Assembly: GCA_963753725.1 (NCBI GenBank)
Contig: CAVWDI010000036.1
Span: 67,565 to 131,564 of the forward strand
Length of the DNA stretch: 64,000 nucleotides
Reading direction: 5' to 3'
DNA from: an uncultured Chloroflexia bacterium
GTDB lineage: Bacteria > Chloroflexota > Anaerolineae > Anaerolineales > UBA4823
Shown one piece after another: positions 19,609-31,856 of the stretch. Within the stretch, counting starts at the first letter, position 1. The number at the start of each line of letters is the position of its first letter. Position numbers and translations under genes: made by a program. The notes below the pieces were generated by a model, which had not been told where the DNA came from, did no database searches, and saw only the letters and a program-made list of their open reading frames with translations.

Positions 19609-22600
19609 TCAAGTTATTTGACCCATACGTACAAGGACACGATGCTTGACCATGTCCTTGTCTAATGGGATCACCCCATCCTCCAGAAGTTGACCATCCA
19701 TCTCTACACGGGACACTCCCTGTTCGAAACCATCCGGATTTTCAACTTGAATTTCATATATGGTTTCACCATGGCGATAGCGGAGATTGAAAGCCTCCCA
19801 CCAGCTAGGGATGACCGGATTTATTTGCATTTGATCTCCCAGCACTTTTAACCCTAGGATTTCTTCAACCCAAGCTCGGTACATCCAAGCAGCCGAACCA
19901 GTGTACCAGGACCACCCTCCGTGACCAACCCTTCCTGGTAATCTGTAAACATCAGCTGATATTACATATGGCTCAACCCCATAACGCCAGACGGCATTTA
20001 CATCGAGCGCATGCTCAATTGGATTGAGAATTCGCATGATTTTGGCAGCACGCGAGCCATCTCCGCGACGAGCCATGGCTATTGCTAACCAAATAGCGGC
20101 ATGAGTGTATTGACCCCCATTCTCCCGAACCCCTGGGGGGTATCCCCTAATGTAACCTGGGAACGGTTCTGATTTGTCAAAGGGTGGTTCTAAAAGCAAC
20201 ACAAGGCCTTCGTTTTCGATCACGAGATGTCTCCATGCAGAATTCTAAGGCTTTTTCTGCGCGATCTTTTGTTGCTCCCCCACTTAGCCAAGCCCAAGAT
20301 TGGGGTATGGAATTCGATCCTGGCTTCAATATTTTCTGAAGAGCCCAGTGGAGTGCCTTCATCAAAAATTGCCCGAATGTACCATTTTCCATCCCATGAT
20401 ACTCGCTCTATTCGCTGAATCAGTGAATCCTTTTCTTGTTGATATGTCTGACACAGATCTGATCGATCAATTATCTCTGACAATTCGGCCATACCCTCTA
20501 GAACATCAACCAAAAACCACCCCAACCAAACACTCTCCCCCTTTCCATCGGCGCCAACAAGGTTCATCCCATCATTCCAGTCCCCTGTCCCTATCAGTGG
20601 CAGCCCATTAGGTCCTTGAGTTCAGACCAAGCTTAACCGCACGCTCACAGTGTTCAAATAGCGTAGCCACATCGAATGTAATCTCAGGTGTAAGGAAAAC
20701 TTCATGCTGGTCATCTTCCAGGATAGGCGCATCAAGAAATGGAATTTTCGTTTCTAAGATATTCACATCACCGGTAACGCGTATATATCTAGCAACGACA
20801 TATGGCAGCCACAAAAGGTCATCAGAAATCCGTGACCTGATACCAGCTCCACTAGGAGGATGCCACCAGTGCTGAACATCGCCTTCCCTGAATTGTCGAC
20901 TCGCGGCAAGCAGAATTTGCTCCCGTGCCAAATCGGGATATGCATATAGAAAAGCCAGAACATCTTGCAATTGATCTCGGAAGCCGATTGCGCCACCAGA
21001 CTGGTAAAAAGCAGAACGCCCCCATAATCGGCAACTGAGACTTTGGTACATGAGCCAACGGTTGATTAAGAAATCTACTGCGAGTTCGGGGGTTTGCACT
21101 TCGATTGTGCTTAAAATACCATCCCACTCCGCTTTCGTTTGGGATAAGCTGTTTTCAAGGGCAATATCTTCTTGGTATTGTGTGACTAATCTATGGAGTT
21201 CTTCTAGTGACTTTGCTTGCCCTAGCATAAACGTAATTTCCGAACTCTCTCCTGGTGCCAGTTCAATTTTAACTTGTAGTGCAGAGCAAGGATCAAATCC
21301 TACCCCAGTACGACCTGACAGTTTAGTCCGGTCCATCGCTGCTGGATTACTAAGCGATCGGTTGCGGCCAATAAAAGACGTACGATCACCACAGAATGAT
21401 ACAGGGGGCGGATTTGTTGCCACAAAAGCGATCCGATCTCCATATTCAGGGTGGTAATAATTTCGAGCAATCAAAGCTTGTGCGTCTTCATCCCATTCAG
21501 TAATTACACGCTCCTGAGATGATTCGCGGTTCTCTCCTAAGACCCACTCTACATAGTATGTTATTGATAATTTTCGTTGCCTAGCGGAGTTGTTCAATAA
21601 ACGCAACCTTTGTAATTTAATCGGGTCTCCACCATTTCTATCCATTGGAACAAAGACTGTTAATTCCTGCTCAATCCCGTGGCTATTATGTTCAAAAATT
21701 GTGTAGCCTGCCCCGTGCCTGGCCCGGTAAGCCATCTCCTCTCGTATCGGTGACGCCGTCGGTGTCCAGAAAACTCCAGTCTCTTCATCTCGAATGTATA
21801 TTGCTTCAGAAGGTGGATCTATCACCGGGTCATTCGACCATTGCGTCAAACGATTACGCTGACTGTTGCCATACCATGTAAACCCAGAACCAATCTCACT
21901 GATCATTGTTCCAAAATTTTGGTTGGCAATTACATTTACCCAGGGCGCAGGTGTATGGGTGTTTGGTCCGAGATAAATCACATATTCGCCCCCATTCGAG
22001 GTAAAACCACCCAGGCTATTGAAGTAAGGTAACTCCATATAAGGCAATAATCCTGAAGGATCTCTGGGATCAGGTTTCTTTTTTAGGGGTATTGGTAATT
22101 CGGGCACAGAGGTTGGTATAGGTAATTGCTGAGCCAATGTACCGCGGGCAGCCACTAGTACCACCCTCGCGACAGCCATAATTAGCCTTAGATCTTCTTT
22201 TGGGATTTGATCTTTATTCCGCAAGAAAATTCCACCTGGCTGATCAACACCTGTATATATTGAATGAGATTGAATCAAATTCTCGAGTTGTTCACGCAAC
22301 GGCTGTTCATAACTATTTGATTCCTCATTGAGTACCACAAGATCTACCATTAAACCGTGTCTTCGCCAGTATGAATGCGCTTGAAGCATTTGACGGACCA
22401 AACTGATATCCCGCATCTTGCTAATGGTAACCAGCGCAATCGGCAAATCGCCCGAAATCCCGTAGGCCCATAAGTCAGCTTGACCTTTACGATTTTCTTC
22501 AATGTATTCGGCTGGAGAGCGCCATAAGGGGTTGGGGAAGAGTAAGTGACTTGCTAGCATCTGAAATCGTCGGGCTTCATCCGGCTGAACCCGGAGTAAG

Positions 22601-25600
22601 CGCAGTTCAAGTTGGGACGATGCCCATGTAAGATCCATCGCCCGCTCTATCGCAGGGGGATCATTAAATTTTCCAATTAACTTTATTACTTCCTCCCGAG
22701 TTTCACCAGCAGCGATAATCATGGAAACCTGGATCCTTTGGCCAGGAGTTAAACGCAGACTCTTCCTCAGACTTAGGATCGGATCCAGGACAAATCCCTG
22801 AGTGTTGTTAAGTTTCTGGCTTGGTCCCATAGGGTTTGCGAGTGTTCGCCCCCTACCGATGAATTGGCGCCTATCGGTTTCAAACTCCAATGAGACTTCG
22901 TCAGTTTTCTCAAGGGTAATACTGTGAGCAATAAAAATTGGAGCTTCATCTTCTTTTCGAGATCGGCGGAAGCCAAGTAGCGCATTATATTCAGGCACCG
23001 CTTCGGTCTGGATAAACATCTTGTTGAAGGCTGGATGTTGTCGGTCTGCATCATGAGGTGCCATTGATAGTTCGATGTAGCTTGTAAGATTAAGGTGTCG
23101 GGTGCTACTTGATTGATTTACAAGTGTGATCCGCCGAATCTCAACATCCTCTTCTGGAGAAACGATAACCGCAGTTTCAGATTGGATCCCATAATCAGTG
23201 CGTTTGAATATGGCACGATCGAGAGCAAAGTTGACGGAATACCCTTCAACTTCCCCACCGCTTGGGTGGTAAGCGGTAGACCATAAACGATCAGAATCAA
23301 CCTCATGAATATAACAAAAGGTTCCTAACGAATCTTGAGTCCGATCCGCCCTCCAACGTGTGATTTCAAAGTCACCCCAACGACTGTATCCGCCACCTGA
23401 GTTTGTGACCATCAAACCGTAGCGACCATTACTTAGCAGTTGGGTTTTGGGTGTTGTAGTATGAGGGGTATCAAACTTACTCACAGATGGAGCGGCTTCG
23501 GCAATGCTTGTCACAGAAGTCGTCCTATCTCTTGTAGTAACGTAATGTATTGGGGGGTCAGTGGGGACACGTTCATGAAGTAATTCTTCGACTGCTCGCA
23601 CATGGACGTCGGCATGGAAATACCGTTGAAGCAGTTGATCGTGGAAAAAATTTGTTATTGACAAGAACCCCATGCCTTGATGATGTGCCATATAGGTCCT
23701 TACAATCACCCCATCTTCGGCCTCGCGTCCAGGACGACGGTTAAAATCCATTGCTTCATAATATCCATAATCGCTAAAAAGCCCCAGACTTTCAAGCCTT
23801 TTTAGATTTGTTATTGTCCTTTTCGGAGCCAGGTTCACTGCCATCAATGTGGCGTAAGGGGCTACAACTAAATCATCCTCCAAACCGCGTTTCAATCCGA
23901 GTCCAGGTACTCCAAAGGCTTTATATTGATAGGTCTTATTAAGATCTAAGTCACTATATGCAGCCTCAGAAATCCCCCAAGGTATGAGACGCTTTCGACC
24001 ATACTCGATTTGGATTTCAACGGCTTCCTTTACCGCTTTGTCTAGCAAGGAATTCTCAGTCAAGCGCTGAAAAATCAACGGCATCAAATACTCGAACATA
24101 GTTCCGGTCCAGCTGAGGAGCACCCTACGCCGACCAATTACATTGTAAGGTCTACCCATGGAGAACCAATGTTCAACGGGAACATCTCCCCGAGCAATAG
24201 CGACAAAACTCCCCAATCGTGCCTCGCTTGCGAGAAGGTCATAGTAAGCATCATCCAATCGGCTTTCAGTAACATTGTAGCCAATAGAAAACAGCTTACG
24301 TTCGAGGTCATATAGGAATCGCAGATTGATAGACTCGGATAGCTGTTGGATTTTTTGAAGAATTTCCTCTCCCAAACCTAACATTTCACCTGCAAGCCAC
24401 TTTGATTGCTCATAGGCTTCCATCAAGCGTTGCAGCCATTCATACATGGAAATGTCATCCGTTGGAGAAAACTCTCTAATCGATTTAAGAGCCTGAATAC
24501 TACCAATCTCTCCATTGGCGAGATCATAAAGTGTGGGTGCTCGTACGAGATCTTTGCGGACAGCAAGCATAACATCCATACCTAATTGGGTTATTTCAAC
24601 TTCTGTTTTTTCATTGAGGATATCAATCCAAATGAGATACCGATCCGAGATATCGAGCCAAGATGTTACATGCTGTTCCATCTGTCTGGCCCAGTAGACC
24701 GCCTCGGTTTCAGGACCAGAAGACATACTAACTTCATTTACCAATACTCTTGTAATCCCCTCCATTCTTTTGAGAAGGTTGATAACACCCGTTATGCGAT
24801 CCGGGGGATTATCCAATTTTTCAATTAACTCACCGAAGACGTTATTATCAATTCCATCATTGCCTTCAATTGCAGATGAGTGTCTTAAAACTTCACTGGT
24901 ATCGCGCAGTCCTTTAATAGATTTTTTATCCAGTAGGGGTGAATGAATAAGCTCTTTCAATCCTTGTTCCAGGGTCAACAAAGTGCCAAGAAGGTTTCCA
25001 CTATCCACAGCAGAAACATAACGAGGTTCAAGAGGTAACAAGGTTTGAATATCGTACCAATTTAACAAATGCCCTTTATGTCGATCGAGTTTACTGATCG
25101 TATCAAAGGTATGCATTAGTTTTTCAATGATTTGATCCAAAGTTTGATATCCAAATTCATGAGCAGATATCAGGCTAAGCAACCAAAGTCCAATATTTGT
25201 AGGACTTGTGCGCATTGCCAGTTGGTTTTTATGTGAGACTTGGTAATTGTCAGGCGGGAGCCAAGAGGTTTTATCATTGACAAAATCCGAGAAGTAACGC
25301 CAGGTTCTACGTGCAACTTGTCTAAGGAATCTCATATCTTTAGCAGGGAGCACGGATTGCTTTTTAGACATTTTCGGACTTAAATTCAGAAGCCATCCAA
25401 ACAAGGGGGATAAGAACCATAAAACGAGCCAGGGTACAGCAATTGCTAGGTTAGATGGCATCCACTTTTGCACCATCAAACCCAATATCCCGCTGAAAAA
25501 ACTCGCAAGACCCATGGACAATATGAACCTTGGGATTTGATCAGAGGAACTCAAATTGGTAACTTGTTGAGAAGTCCATTGAAGCAAATTCCGGTGGGAG

Positions 25601-28313
25601 ATAAGGCGCCGAAACCAAACACGAAATATGGCATCAATGGCAAGCCAAGCCTGATGTGGTATTAATGCGGCATCCACAATCGCCCGTAGAAAGTCGTGAA
25701 ATAATTGTGAAAACGATAAATTTTTAAGCCCTCTTCGAGTAGTAAATGATGTTACAGGTTGGACTAATGAATGGAAGAATATTTGCATGGCAACAACTAT
25801 TGTTGAGAGCCATCCTATCTGGGACGATGTCAACCAAGATACAGAAAGAAAACCAAGACTAGATATGGGGATCAAGCTGCGGCGAAGGTTGTTAAAAATC
25901 TTCCACCGATTGAACCATGAGAGTTGGTTGGGCTCCCTTTCTCCTCCAGGATTGGGAACGTGCGGCAAGATCCAATCCGCTATTTGCCAATCCCCTCGAA
26001 TCCAGCGATGTTGCCGGCGAGAATAGCTCATATAATTTTGTGGGAACTCATCAAACAGCTCAATATCACTTGCCAAACCCACTCGAATATAGGCACCCTC
26101 CAACAAATCATGGCTCAACAGTAATTCATCGGGAAACCTTCCTGATAGTATCTGGTTAAATGCGCGCACATCATAGATGCCTTTTCCAAGATAAGAACCT
26201 TCTCCAATGAGGTCCTGATAAACATCGGAAACAGCTTTGGTGTATGGGTCAATGCCTTTCCCATCAGCGAATAGTCGGCTGAATAGTGAGGCATTTGAAC
26301 TTGGCAAGGATGGACTCACACGTGGTTGAATGAGCGAGTAGGAGCCAGCAAGAACTCTACCTTCATTATTGATGCGTGGTTGGTTTAATGGATGAGCGAG
26401 AGTTCTCGATCATCCTTCGGGCACTGTCATGAGGAAGTTGGGTGTCGCTATCCAATGTGATTATGAATCTCACATCAGACAAATGATCCGGATTGCCTAC
26501 ATATACAATATTTTCATCATTTTCGGATTGTGTGCCTTCGATCAGTCGATTAAGTTCTTCTAACTTCCCACGTTTGCGCTCCCAACCGATGAATTTATTC
26601 TCAGATTCGCTCCATTTTCGATCCCGATGAAATAGGAAGAAAAGATCGTGCCCATAGCGTTGATTAAGAACTTCAATTTGATCGGTTATGATCTGGAGCA
26701 GCCGCTTATCCTCTCCATGTTGTTCCTGATCAGAATCAGAATAATCCGAAAATAGACCAAACATGAGATTCGACTCGCTATTAGCTAGATAGCGGACTTC
26801 AAGTTTGTTTACCTCTTCCAGGATTGTCTCTTCATTCTCCAATTGCATGGGAACCACTACCAAGGTTTGATAAGCATCAGGAATTCCAGATACAGAGAAA
26901 TCCATCTTTGATAGTATGCGGGGTGGAATTAACCGAGTGATCATGTAATTTAGAACTTCAAGCGAAAGTTGGCTGACAGGAATCAACATAAGTAAAAAAA
27001 TCAAAAGCTGGATCAGAAGGGACTGTCCCTGAAGTCCCAGCTCAAACACCAGGTAAACAAGCAATGCAAATATGGTACTGAATCCTAGGAAGTAAACTGC
27101 CGAATGATAACGAAATATCCACTCCAAGATTCGGATACGGGGTGCCTCACGGCAACGTAAAAGCCGGACGAGCTCGGTTTTCCCTTCCCCAACCAGATAA
27201 GCCCCAACATGAGACATCCGATTATCTCCAGGAGTTTTTTTCAAGGCTTGTTTTGTTAACTCTATAGATTGTTGACTAACATATTCCTCAGATTGTCCCG
27301 ACCTCCGGGAAAGCTCTTCAATCACCTGCCGATATTGGTTACGGGTTTTGAAATCCATTTTTTGATATACATCAGATGGGTCTTGCCTTAATAACTTTTC
27401 CACATGGCTATGTCGTTCAAAGATTTTTCTCCAATCTAACATGGCCAGTTGTTTCAAACTAATAAATCCATTTCCAATTGAAATCTGATCTTTTGCCTGA
27501 CGGTTTTGCTCGCGTATCGTCAGCTCACTTATTGATTTAAGGAGCGTGCGTTCAAGCCAGATCTGGACAGGTACAAGAACCGGCGCCTCGTCATAGAGAT
27601 GATCAATAATTTGTGAGCCAAAATAAGGGCTAGGTTTAGGATATTTTTCAGCAAGTTCTGATAGGATCGAAAATAATTGATTTGGGTTTCTTCGATTAGC
27701 GCTGATTAGCCTGTTTGACCAAAAGTCAGCGATCTCCCTTTCTCGCAACTCAATCAATGCTCTTACTGCGAGATCCCGGATACTTTCAATTAATACGATG
27801 CGCAACATTTGGGGGATGCCCCATAGCTCGCCTATAGTCAAGGTTTGCTCGGATTGATATGCTTCAATAAAGACATGGATGTTTTCGCGATCTAGTCGCA
27901 TGTCCGTATGATTAACAAGTTCCTTTGCCAGACTGTAGATTCGCGGAAGCCCTCGATAAGGTCCGCTTGAGAGCTGAGGTAGTTCCTGATAATAGCGACG
28001 GGGAAGGTTTTGCTTAACATCGTTTGAGTTACCTTCGATGATATATTCATTATCGAGTACCCACTCTGCTATTGGAGAGATTTTCTTATCCAATCGAGTT
28101 GCATCATATAGATCTGACCAGACTTGATGTATCCATTGACTGGCTTGATCGAGTTGTATCGATTAACTCGGTATTCCTTTGGGGATTAGGATTAATCTGA
28201 TGTTCTGCAGCCAATCGGTGAGCATGTTCTCGGATATCCGCAAAGGAGAGTTGATCCCTGCTTTTTGGCATCCTGTCGTCCTGGATTTCGAGCTTCGGAT
28301 GTAAGATAAACAC
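19609..28313 (-). pseudogene. Cyclic beta-1,2-glucan synthase-like giant protein (membrane glycosyltransferase plus GH94-like phosphorylase region), in 5-6 frame pieces (provisional)
   Basis: Collinear minus-strand ORFs are 28104..28313, 26366..28093, 20608..26319, 20220..20567, part of 20177..20392, and 19609..20223. Blocks include ISPIAEWVLDNEY, FIITLDSDTQLP, GIDPYTKAVSDVYQDL, EGDVQHWWHPPSGAGIRSRISDDLLWLPY, GTGDWNDGMNLVG (in the repaired frame), IPQSWAWLSGG and GGWSWYTGSAAWMY. Confidence 0.8.
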
Positions 28314-28369
28314 TGCGGGTGGTCTGCCCCCGATTTCCCGAAACAGTGCGACTGAAATCCGCAGTTTTT

Positions 28370-28801
28370 CTACTGAACTTCTTGAAGGATTAAGACGGTT
28401 TCTTTAGACAATAGCCATCGTGCGTGATCCTTGAGAAGTTTCCTGTCAACGCCGTATTTTGAACGCCGTATTAACACTGGGCCCAAGAGGGCTCCAATAA
28501 GCCCACCAATAATGATAAAACCCAAGTTTGATATGTTGTCATCCGAAATGAATTTCGAGTTGGGATAGAAAAAGAGTATAGTTCCAGTAATACCCCCCAT
28601 TAAGATCGCCATCAGGATTACGCTGATAGTGCGACGCCGAGGGAAGGGATCCTTAAGATGTACTTTACCTTCTACATTCTTATACACCAATGCAGTTCGA
28701 TGGAATCCTCTCGCCTGCAATTTCCTGAGAGCTTCATCTGCATTCTTTCTATTTGAAAAGTATCCTATGAGAACACCTTTATCAAGTTTACGTTTTTGCA
28801 T
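28370..28801 (-). CDS. Small membrane protein upstream of the glucan synthase gene
   Basis: 143 aa. A soluble N-terminal domain is followed by two TM segments (ISVILMAILMGGITGTILFF, GFIIIGGLIGALLGPVLI). No family recognised. Confidence 0.45.
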   Translation of the reverse strand: MQKRKLDKGVLIGYFSNRKNADEALRKLQARGFHRTALVYKNVEGKVHLKDPFPRRRTISVILMAILMGGITGTILFFYPNSKFISDDNISNLGFIIIGGLIGALLGPVLIRRSKYGVDRKLLKDHARWLLSKETVLILQEVQ

Positions 28802-28888
28802 TATTCTTTTGATTATATTTCATAATAATAGTATTTCTTCCTTGATTTGCTTCATGTTCAGGGAAGATTTAATAATTATGTGAGCAGT

Positions 28889-28912
28889 GGTGTTCAAATC
28901 CCTCTGGGCGCG
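28889..28912 (+). other. tRNA 3'-end-like remnant
   Basis: ggtgTTCAAATCCctctgggcgcg is a T-loop-like TTCAAATCC followed by an acceptor-like strand. There is no 5' half, and the T stem does not pair well. Confidence 0.3.
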
Positions 28913-29275
28913 TAACGGGAGCAAGGTTGATCAAAAAGACGCGTCCCGAACACTAACTCATATTCAAACTCATGCAGGATATCCACAAACTGCTACTTAC
29001 TGACACATACCCAACCAATGAAATTGACATTTTATTAACATTGTACTGACTATTATCTAAATCAGTAAAGGACGGTTATCGGGATGCTGGCCATCAGTGT
29101 ACGTCGTCGAGCAATTTTTATCTATGTTATTCTTTGAAAATAAGGGTAATTTGGATGAATTGGGGCTTGATACTTAATTAGTTTCGCAATTAAACTTTTG
29201 AAAAATTTTAGTGGGTTAAGCGTAATACTTCATATTATTAAACTCATAATGAGAACAAATACCTTATCTTACTCA

Positions 29276-30009
29276 TTATATTTGTTGTAACTTTCGAGCT
29301 ATTACTAATCCGCCGTTATATTGGACTGCACGTCCAGGCTTGTAGTCCAATATAACGTGGAGCAGGAAAATTTTTAAGTTTAGCGGCAGAGGCAGGTTTT
29401 CCAAATTAAAGGTGGGGTTAGGGATATTTACCACCAAGACAATGGAGGTCGTGGATTCATTTACTCTTTTATAGCCGAGCGGGGTGATCCTTTTTATGGT
29501 ACTCAGGATATCTGATTGTCGATTTTGCGGTTGCCCAGGTAGGCGAGGAGGCCTAGAGAAAGTAGAGGAAACCGCTGATGATAACCACATTGAGAGGCTG
29601 TCCCATACCTGGGTTAGCCTAATATCCTGATCCAGAAGGATGGCGTATTTGAAGATGGTGAAGAGGAACCCGACCAGTATAAAGAGAGTGTATCCGGCCA
29701 GGAGGTAGCGCAGCTTGATTTTACGGGGGTCGATGACGCCAGTAAGATAAAGGGAGAGACCCAGCAAGACTATTATATTTACAGTCAAAAGCATGGCAAT
29801 GTCATTCCAGGCTTCCTGCGGGCTGGTGTAACACAAATTGCCGATAGAGTTGGATGATGATTAAAGAAAAGAGTGGTGAAAAGGTACATTATGGTACATA
29901 GAGAGCGAAAGATGTTTGTTTCGCGTTCGTCAAAATTAAATGGTCTTTTATCCATTTGCTCCATCCTCCCAAAAAAGCTGGTCGAGGGTTCTTTCAAGAG
30001 TTCTGGCAA
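29276..30009 (-). CDS. Membrane protein downstream of the XRE regulator; possibly two frame pieces (29785..30009 and 29276..29836)
   Basis: Hydrophobic segments lie in both ORFs (TIMYLFTTLFF; LLTVNIIVLLGLSLYL; LLAGYTLFILVGFLFTIF), and the first ORF overlaps the XRE gene end. The C-terminal ~20 codons belong to a repeated segment (see findings). Confidence 0.3.
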
Positions 30010-30163
30010 TCTTTATACACAGGTTCAGGGTGGGGTTGTAGTTCCCCTTTTCGATGAGGCCAATGGTCTGCCGGGTGACCTCAACCTGGTTGGCAAGCTC
30101 CTGCTGAGTGAGGTTTTTTTCAATGCGCGCTAGTTTGAGTTTCATACGTGCAGATTGGTTCAT
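29948..30163 (-). CDS. Short XRE-family helix-turn-helix transcriptional regulator
   Basis: Internal start MNQSARMKLKLARIEKNLTQQELANQVEVTRQTIGLIEKGNYNPTLNLCIKIARTL is a canonical Cro/C1 HTH. The long N-terminal extension in the ORF track is unlikely to be real. Confidence 0.7.
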   Translation of the reverse strand: MNQSARMKLKLARIEKNLTQQELANQVEVTRQTIGLIEKGNYNPTLNLCIKIARTLERTLDQLFWEDGANG

Positions 30164-30341
30164 TGGGATGATATAACATATAAATGGCATTATGTCAATA
30201 AATACATACATAATAGCAGATATAGATTGCATTGGAGGGTGAAGGCACCGAAAATTCGTAAATAGTGTGGAGATTTTTAGTAAATGAAAATCTAAATTTT
30301 GAAAGAGGCAACTCAATTATTCGCCTCTCATATCAGTGGAA

Positions 30342-30623
30342 TTATCCTGAGGATCGTTTGAACACACAGAAGTATGAATTGCTGTATACGTATGCCGCCC
30401 CCGGAAAATGTATATCTCCTTTGTTTCCGATTCCTGGTATAGGTTCCATATGCACCAATTCCCAACCATGATCGCCTAAGGAATTGAGCCTTGGGATCGT
30501 GGACTGAACTGCATACTTCGGAGGGTTTTTCATTCTGTGTTCAGCATTGTGTAAGTGTTCAGCAAAGCCCTTATTTTCAATATCGGCATAAAGAATTTCG
30601 GTTAAGTATTCCCACCGTTGCAT
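30342..30623 (-). CDS. Small hypothetical protein (DUF4177-like)
   Basis: 93 aa. MQRWEYLTE...LNSLGDHGWELVHMEP resembles the DUF4177 pattern (WEY...GWELV). Confidence 0.4.
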   Translation of the reverse strand: MQRWEYLTEILYADIENKGFAEHLHNAEHRMKNPPKYAVQSTIPRLNSLGDHGWELVHMEPIPGIGNKGDIHFPGAAYVYSNSYFCVFKRSSG

Positions 30624-30840
30624 TTCACACTCTCCTTTACCTATATATCAGTATACTTCTTATCAAATTCGATCTTAACAGGATTATCTGGGGACTTGAG
30701 TGTTTGGGTTATATGGGGATACGATAATCTAATGGGAGGATAAGCTGGAAAATTAGCCCCATTGCCACTTTCTAGCTATTTCTAATGCGCCGTTATACTG
30801 TACTGCACGCCCAGGTGTTTAGGGTATCCATAGAATGTTT

Positions 30841-30865
30841 ACGGGTTCGAGTCCTGTTCCGCCCA
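30841..30865 (+). other. tRNA 3'-end fragment (T arm plus acceptor strand)
   Basis: acggg-TTCGAGT-cctgt then tccgccc-a is a well-formed T arm with a canonical T loop. No matching 5' acceptor strand lies upstream. Confidence 0.45.
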
Positions 30866-31192
30866 CTATTCAATCAGGAACTGGTTGACATGCCTATGGA
30901 GCGATTTTAAGTTGCACTAAACCCCAAGACACAATCACTCAAAACACCTCTCTGACCTTTATAAACCGAATAAAAATACCCAAGCACAAAACAGGGCCGA
31001 AGAAGATATAAATCTTTGGCTGCAGTCCGCCTCCTGAGAACAGGATAGTATGAGAAGAACTACAGGAGGCAAAGATGGCTAAACGGTCAAGGATGGTAAG
31101 AGAAATTCGACTGGTCGCCCAAGCGCATCGGGAAGGGGAAGTACGACTTCGGCGAGCCCATCGCCAACTATGGCAAGCGAGTTGCCAGCAGG

Positions 31193-31400
31193 ATGAGAAA
31201 AGAGATAGGTGTGAAGATTGAAAAGAAAGCAGCTTTGTATGCCCGGGTATCGATTACGCAACAAGAACAGGAAGCAACGATCGAGAGTCAGGTCACTGAA
31301 CTTGAAAGCTATGCCCAAGAGCAAGGGGATGAGATTGATCCAGATCTGATCTTTCTGGATCAGACCGTTAGTGAGAGTCGTTTGGCAAGGCCGGTATTGC
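31193..31400 (+). pseudogene. Serine recombinase (resolvase/integrase) N-terminal remnant
   Basis: KKAALYARVSITQQEQEATIESQVTELESYAQEQGDEIDPDLIFLDQTVSESRLARPVL matches the catalytic N-terminus pattern (YARVS..Q...S...Q...L..YA...G......D.G.SG..L.RP.L). Similarity ends after about 70 aa. Confidence 0.55.
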
Positions 31401-31666
31401 CTCTGCTACAATCCGCCATGCCCTCGATATTAAAGTATCTCACATTGGCGGTATCGATCTCCGTCGCCAGTCTTTTGATCATTTCTCTCTACCGGAGAGT
31501 AGCTGCATTAATAAAAATACGGAGAGATCAAAGTTTAAGGCAATTCGTCGAAATTAGTTAGACAACGAATTGCCTGCGTAACAAGAAGAAAGCCCTTAAT
31601 CTAAGTTCGGGACAACGCTTATTTGGTCTTAGGAGTACAACAGAAATAGACGAGAAGGAGGATGAC

Positions 31667-31807
31667 ATGGAACAGGCTTTATTAGCAGTTCAATTAGTGT
31701 TTTTTATCATGGGTGGCTTAGGATTATTTTTCACAGGCGTTGGCGTGCTTTGGTTTGTGACGGTTTATAAAGAGAAGAAGGAGCAGTATCGCAAGCTTGC
31801 TGCGTGA
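31667..31807 (+). CDS. 46-aa hydrophobic small protein (below the ORF-track length cutoff)
   Basis: The ATG is preceded by gagaaggaggatgac (strong RBS). Translation: MEQALLAVQLVFFIMGGLGLFFTGVGVLWFVTVYKEKKEQYRKLAA. An intrinsic terminator follows. Confidence 0.5.
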   Translation: MEQALLAVQLVFFIMGGLGLFFTGVGVLWFVTVYKEKKEQYRKLAA

Positions 31808-31822
31808 TTTCGGCTATATCAA

Positions 31823-31856
31823 AAAACGGGCTGGTAGATTGCAGTCCGTTTTTTGA
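31823..31856 (+). terminator. Intrinsic terminator
   Basis: aacgggctg pairs with cagtccgtt (one G-T pair), followed by ttttt. Confidence 0.65.
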
